Source of the DNA: Lepidodermella squamata
Lineage: Eukaryota > Animalia > Gastrotricha
Assembly: GCA_047495785.1 (NCBI GenBank)
Contig: JBLDXI010000007.1
Location: 3,844,001-3,908,000 of the forward strand
Reading direction: 5' to 3'
Length of the DNA stretch: 64,000 bases
Part shown: positions 61,337-64,000 of the stretch, piece by piece
How positions within the stretch are numbered: position 1 is the first letter of the stretch
Layout of the letters: every line of letters begins with the position of its first letter
Program-made: the position numbers and the translations under genes
Notes under the pieces: generated by a model
What the model saw: the letters and a program-made list of their open reading frames with translations, nothing else
Database searches by the model: none
What the model was told of the DNA's origin: nothing

Positions 61337-63940
61337 ATGGCGCTTTCATTTTCGCTTCGCCGCCAAATATGTGCAGCAGCAAGGCAGTGCCTTTGCCCAG
61401 CTGTATCGTCTTCCTATGCCGGCATGTCTCATCTCCAAATGCCAGTCAGGAACTTGTATTCGGAGGAGCATTTAGGTTTGCCTGCTTTCAGGCGCCAGAG
61501 GGTCGCTGCAGCTGAGCGGTTTGGGGATTCAATGAAAGATCAATATCTAGAGAGGCTACGAGCTTCGATCTCCAAAACTCCTGCAGATCCCGTATTTAGG
61601 TAGAGCTTTTGAACCTTATTGAACCTTCTATTCATTCTTTTTTGCATCCTCAGTGATGACATAAAAACAGTGATAAGTCTAGCCGAGTCGAAAAGTGACG
61701 TTGAATTGCTTATTGAGCTGCTACGGCGATATGTTAGGCAAAGCAACGAATTGGTACCAGATTTCCGCTTCGGACCACTCATCATGCGAGTCATGATGCT
61801 AACAGGTCAATACGACCTCGCTTTATCGCTTTATCGAGATGCCGACCTCAAGCCGCTGTTTGGCCAGTTCACATCGACTTGGCTTCTTCTTGATATGCTT
61901 TATGAAGATGCGAGGTGTCTTGATGCGTTGGCGATTTATGACGAATTTTGTGCGCTAACACCGGACAAAACTGTCCCGCCTGCGTTGACTACCCTAGCGC
62001 TCGCTTGCTGCTACAAAATGGCCTCAGAAGAATCTTTCAAGTAAGTTCTGGTTTTCACCGATTAGCTTCTCCAAATGAATATTCAGAGATCGAAAAATAT
62101 GTCTTTGGAATGTTATCGACGATTTTCTTTAGAGCGGAGATCCTGAATTTCGGGGTCCACAACGAAATACCTTTGTTTCCCCGAAATGCTTTTATTCAGG
62201 TTTAATACATATCTGAAATAAAATCCGTCTTCGATCTAGTTTTAGACAGCGTATCTAACACAGAGAACTAATCGCGGGTGGAACAGTATCGCCGGTTGAG
62301 CCCCCAGCCAGCATATCACTAGCTCGCCTTTTCTGTTGAATTGATCGAACACGGCTGTAATGTTGAAGTGCCTGGACAGACCGATGACCTGTGACCTATT
62401 TAATAACAAAAATTGAATCAATCGACGAGAAAATTATTGAAAATTATTACTTGAATAATGGCTAATCTTGCATAATGAATAATCGGCCTAGCGCTGTCTA
62501 AAACTAGAACTCGGTCGCTATACTATACTTAAGATCTAAATTCGTCTATTATCATGCCCAAACGATAAACCTCCCGGTGACACCTGATTTGCGCTATTTA
62601 GCGATAATTAATTTTACAAATTACCGATATCCGGAGTTTTGACATCTAGAAATTGAAAAGGAAGGAAGGAAGAATGCGGAGATCGGAATTTTCCAAGCTT
62701 CTAAGTTCTTCTAGAAAAATCGTACGAGGGGCTTATTGGTTCGCCTACCTGTGAAGTTGGCAGAGCGCAGTTGCGTAGAATCGAGAAATGAGCAGACCCA
62801 AACAGTGAAACCAGTGATCTTCTGGAAACCAATCAGCAGTTGAAGCAGAAAATGTCATGCTATCTATCGTATTGGGTCCCTTTTCTGCGACAGAAGTTCA
62901 TGCGAGCCAACAAACTGCGGACCCAAGCTTTGCCCAATCCGACGGTTCCACCCTGCGAAAATAATACATGGGGGCACTCTATAAGATACACCGTCCACGG
63001 ATATTCCTGGATATTCCGAAAATTCAATATTTTGAGGTTATATTGGGGAGCTAATTCTCGTCAAATTATCCAGAAAAACCTGATTGATCTTTTCTGTGAG
63101 CTTGACCATTTCCGAGGTTCACATCTGGATCGTCAGGATTCGGAATTGAAGTATTTCAGCTGCCCATGAAGGAATTGCATTTATTGAAAATGTAAAAGCG
63201 TGGACAATAGGCGCCGACTAAGTATTGCTGGTACGATGCCGCAGCAGTAGATTCGGAATGATTCAGAAACTGTTCTATTATTTTAATGCCGGCGTCAAAT
63301 CACGTACTCGAATATTTCGGAATGCAGTTAGCAGTTAGCATCACGTTTCTTTGCACGGAAAACTTGAATGAAGTGACATTATTGGGTCTTTCTGATGCAG
63401 GCAGGAACCTGTCCCACAAAGCATTACATGTAACTGATTACTCTTCCATCGTAGAATATGCATCAAACCACATCATACCCAGTCTCATTTCCTTCCGAAT
63501 CCCCCGCTTTTTATGCTGAGACAATAATTTGCGGATATCAGTCATCTTATCATGAAGCATGACTTGCCACCTTCTGCAATAACTTACTGGCTAAAAATAT
63601 GTAATTCTCTTTCTAGCCGATGTCTCGCAATCTTGAAAATTGCGCAAAGCCGTGGCTCAACAGTTGGTTCACGCGGTGTTTGTTTCGCCGGCATGCTAGC
63701 TCTGAAAGTCCATAAACCAGCCGTGTGTCTAGAAATTCTTGGTCTGCGGCCGCGAAGCCTACGCCCCACCCCACTCAACAACCTCCGCGCTATGGCTTTG
63801 GCCGAGCTTGGCCATGTTGAAGACGCTATCCAGATTCTGCGTTTCGTAGCGCATCAGGACGAACCGAAAAGCCGAAGCTCTGGACCGATCGCTCGCAGCA
63901 GGCCGACAGTTTTCGCAGACACGCTTGACCGAATAAATTC
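61337..63940 (+). CDS. PTCD2: Pentatricopeptide repeat domain protein 2, mitochondrial (continues beyond the window)
   Basis: Exons 61337-61599, 61654-62040, 63617-63940. Transit-peptide-like start, RNLYSEEHLGL, VFSDDIK, FRFGPLIMR, LALACCYK. Confidence 0.85.
62235..62508. mobile_element. Small element with 17-bp perfect inverted termini in a PTCD2 intron
   Basis: TCTAGTTTTAGACAGCG / CGCTGTCTAAAACTAGA. No perfect TSD. Confidence 0.65.
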
Positions 63941-64000
63941 GTGAGTTTTTTTTTTAATTTTTACTTCAAAGAAGTCGAAACAGATTCCAAAACACGCAAA

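Overview
This is eukaryotic (animal) DNA from a gene-dense genome. Most introns are short GT-AG introns of about 45-65 nt, with some longer ones filled with transposon remains. Motile-cilia genes (DNAH1-type dynein, DRC3) point to a ciliated non-nematode invertebrate; the species cannot be identified from the sequence alone. About 20 protein genes are supported: the 3' part of DNAH1, a NEK-like kinase, a secreted orphan, a GABA-B-like class C GPCR, MKK3/6, METTL22, a CHST-like sulfotransferase with degenerate PAPS motifs, a mucin-like TM protein, ACSM, COG4, a taperin/phostensin-like protein, MIC26/27, a 114-aa orphan, an intron-containing Uma2-like nuclease, a dispanin-like protein, DRC3, DZANK1, the PP2A catalytic subunit, APC4 and PTCD2. 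Several non-autonomous DNA transposons have readable TIRs/TSDs, and there are decayed Sola-like, MULE and Tc1/mariner transposase remnants. The most notable system-level signal is two runs of co-oriented genes (MIC26>taperin-like>COG4>ACSM and PP2A>APC4>PTCD2). At two of their junctions AATAAA is followed 20-25 nt later by a 3' splice acceptor with no donor between them, which suggests operon-like polycistronic transcription resolved by trans-splicing. DRE-like internal promoters are a competing explanation at two other junctions. The Uma2/Crinkler-like nuclease beside a divergent orphan is the second candidate. All family calls come from motifs recognised by eye, not from database searches. 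No rRNA, tRNA or CRISPR was found.
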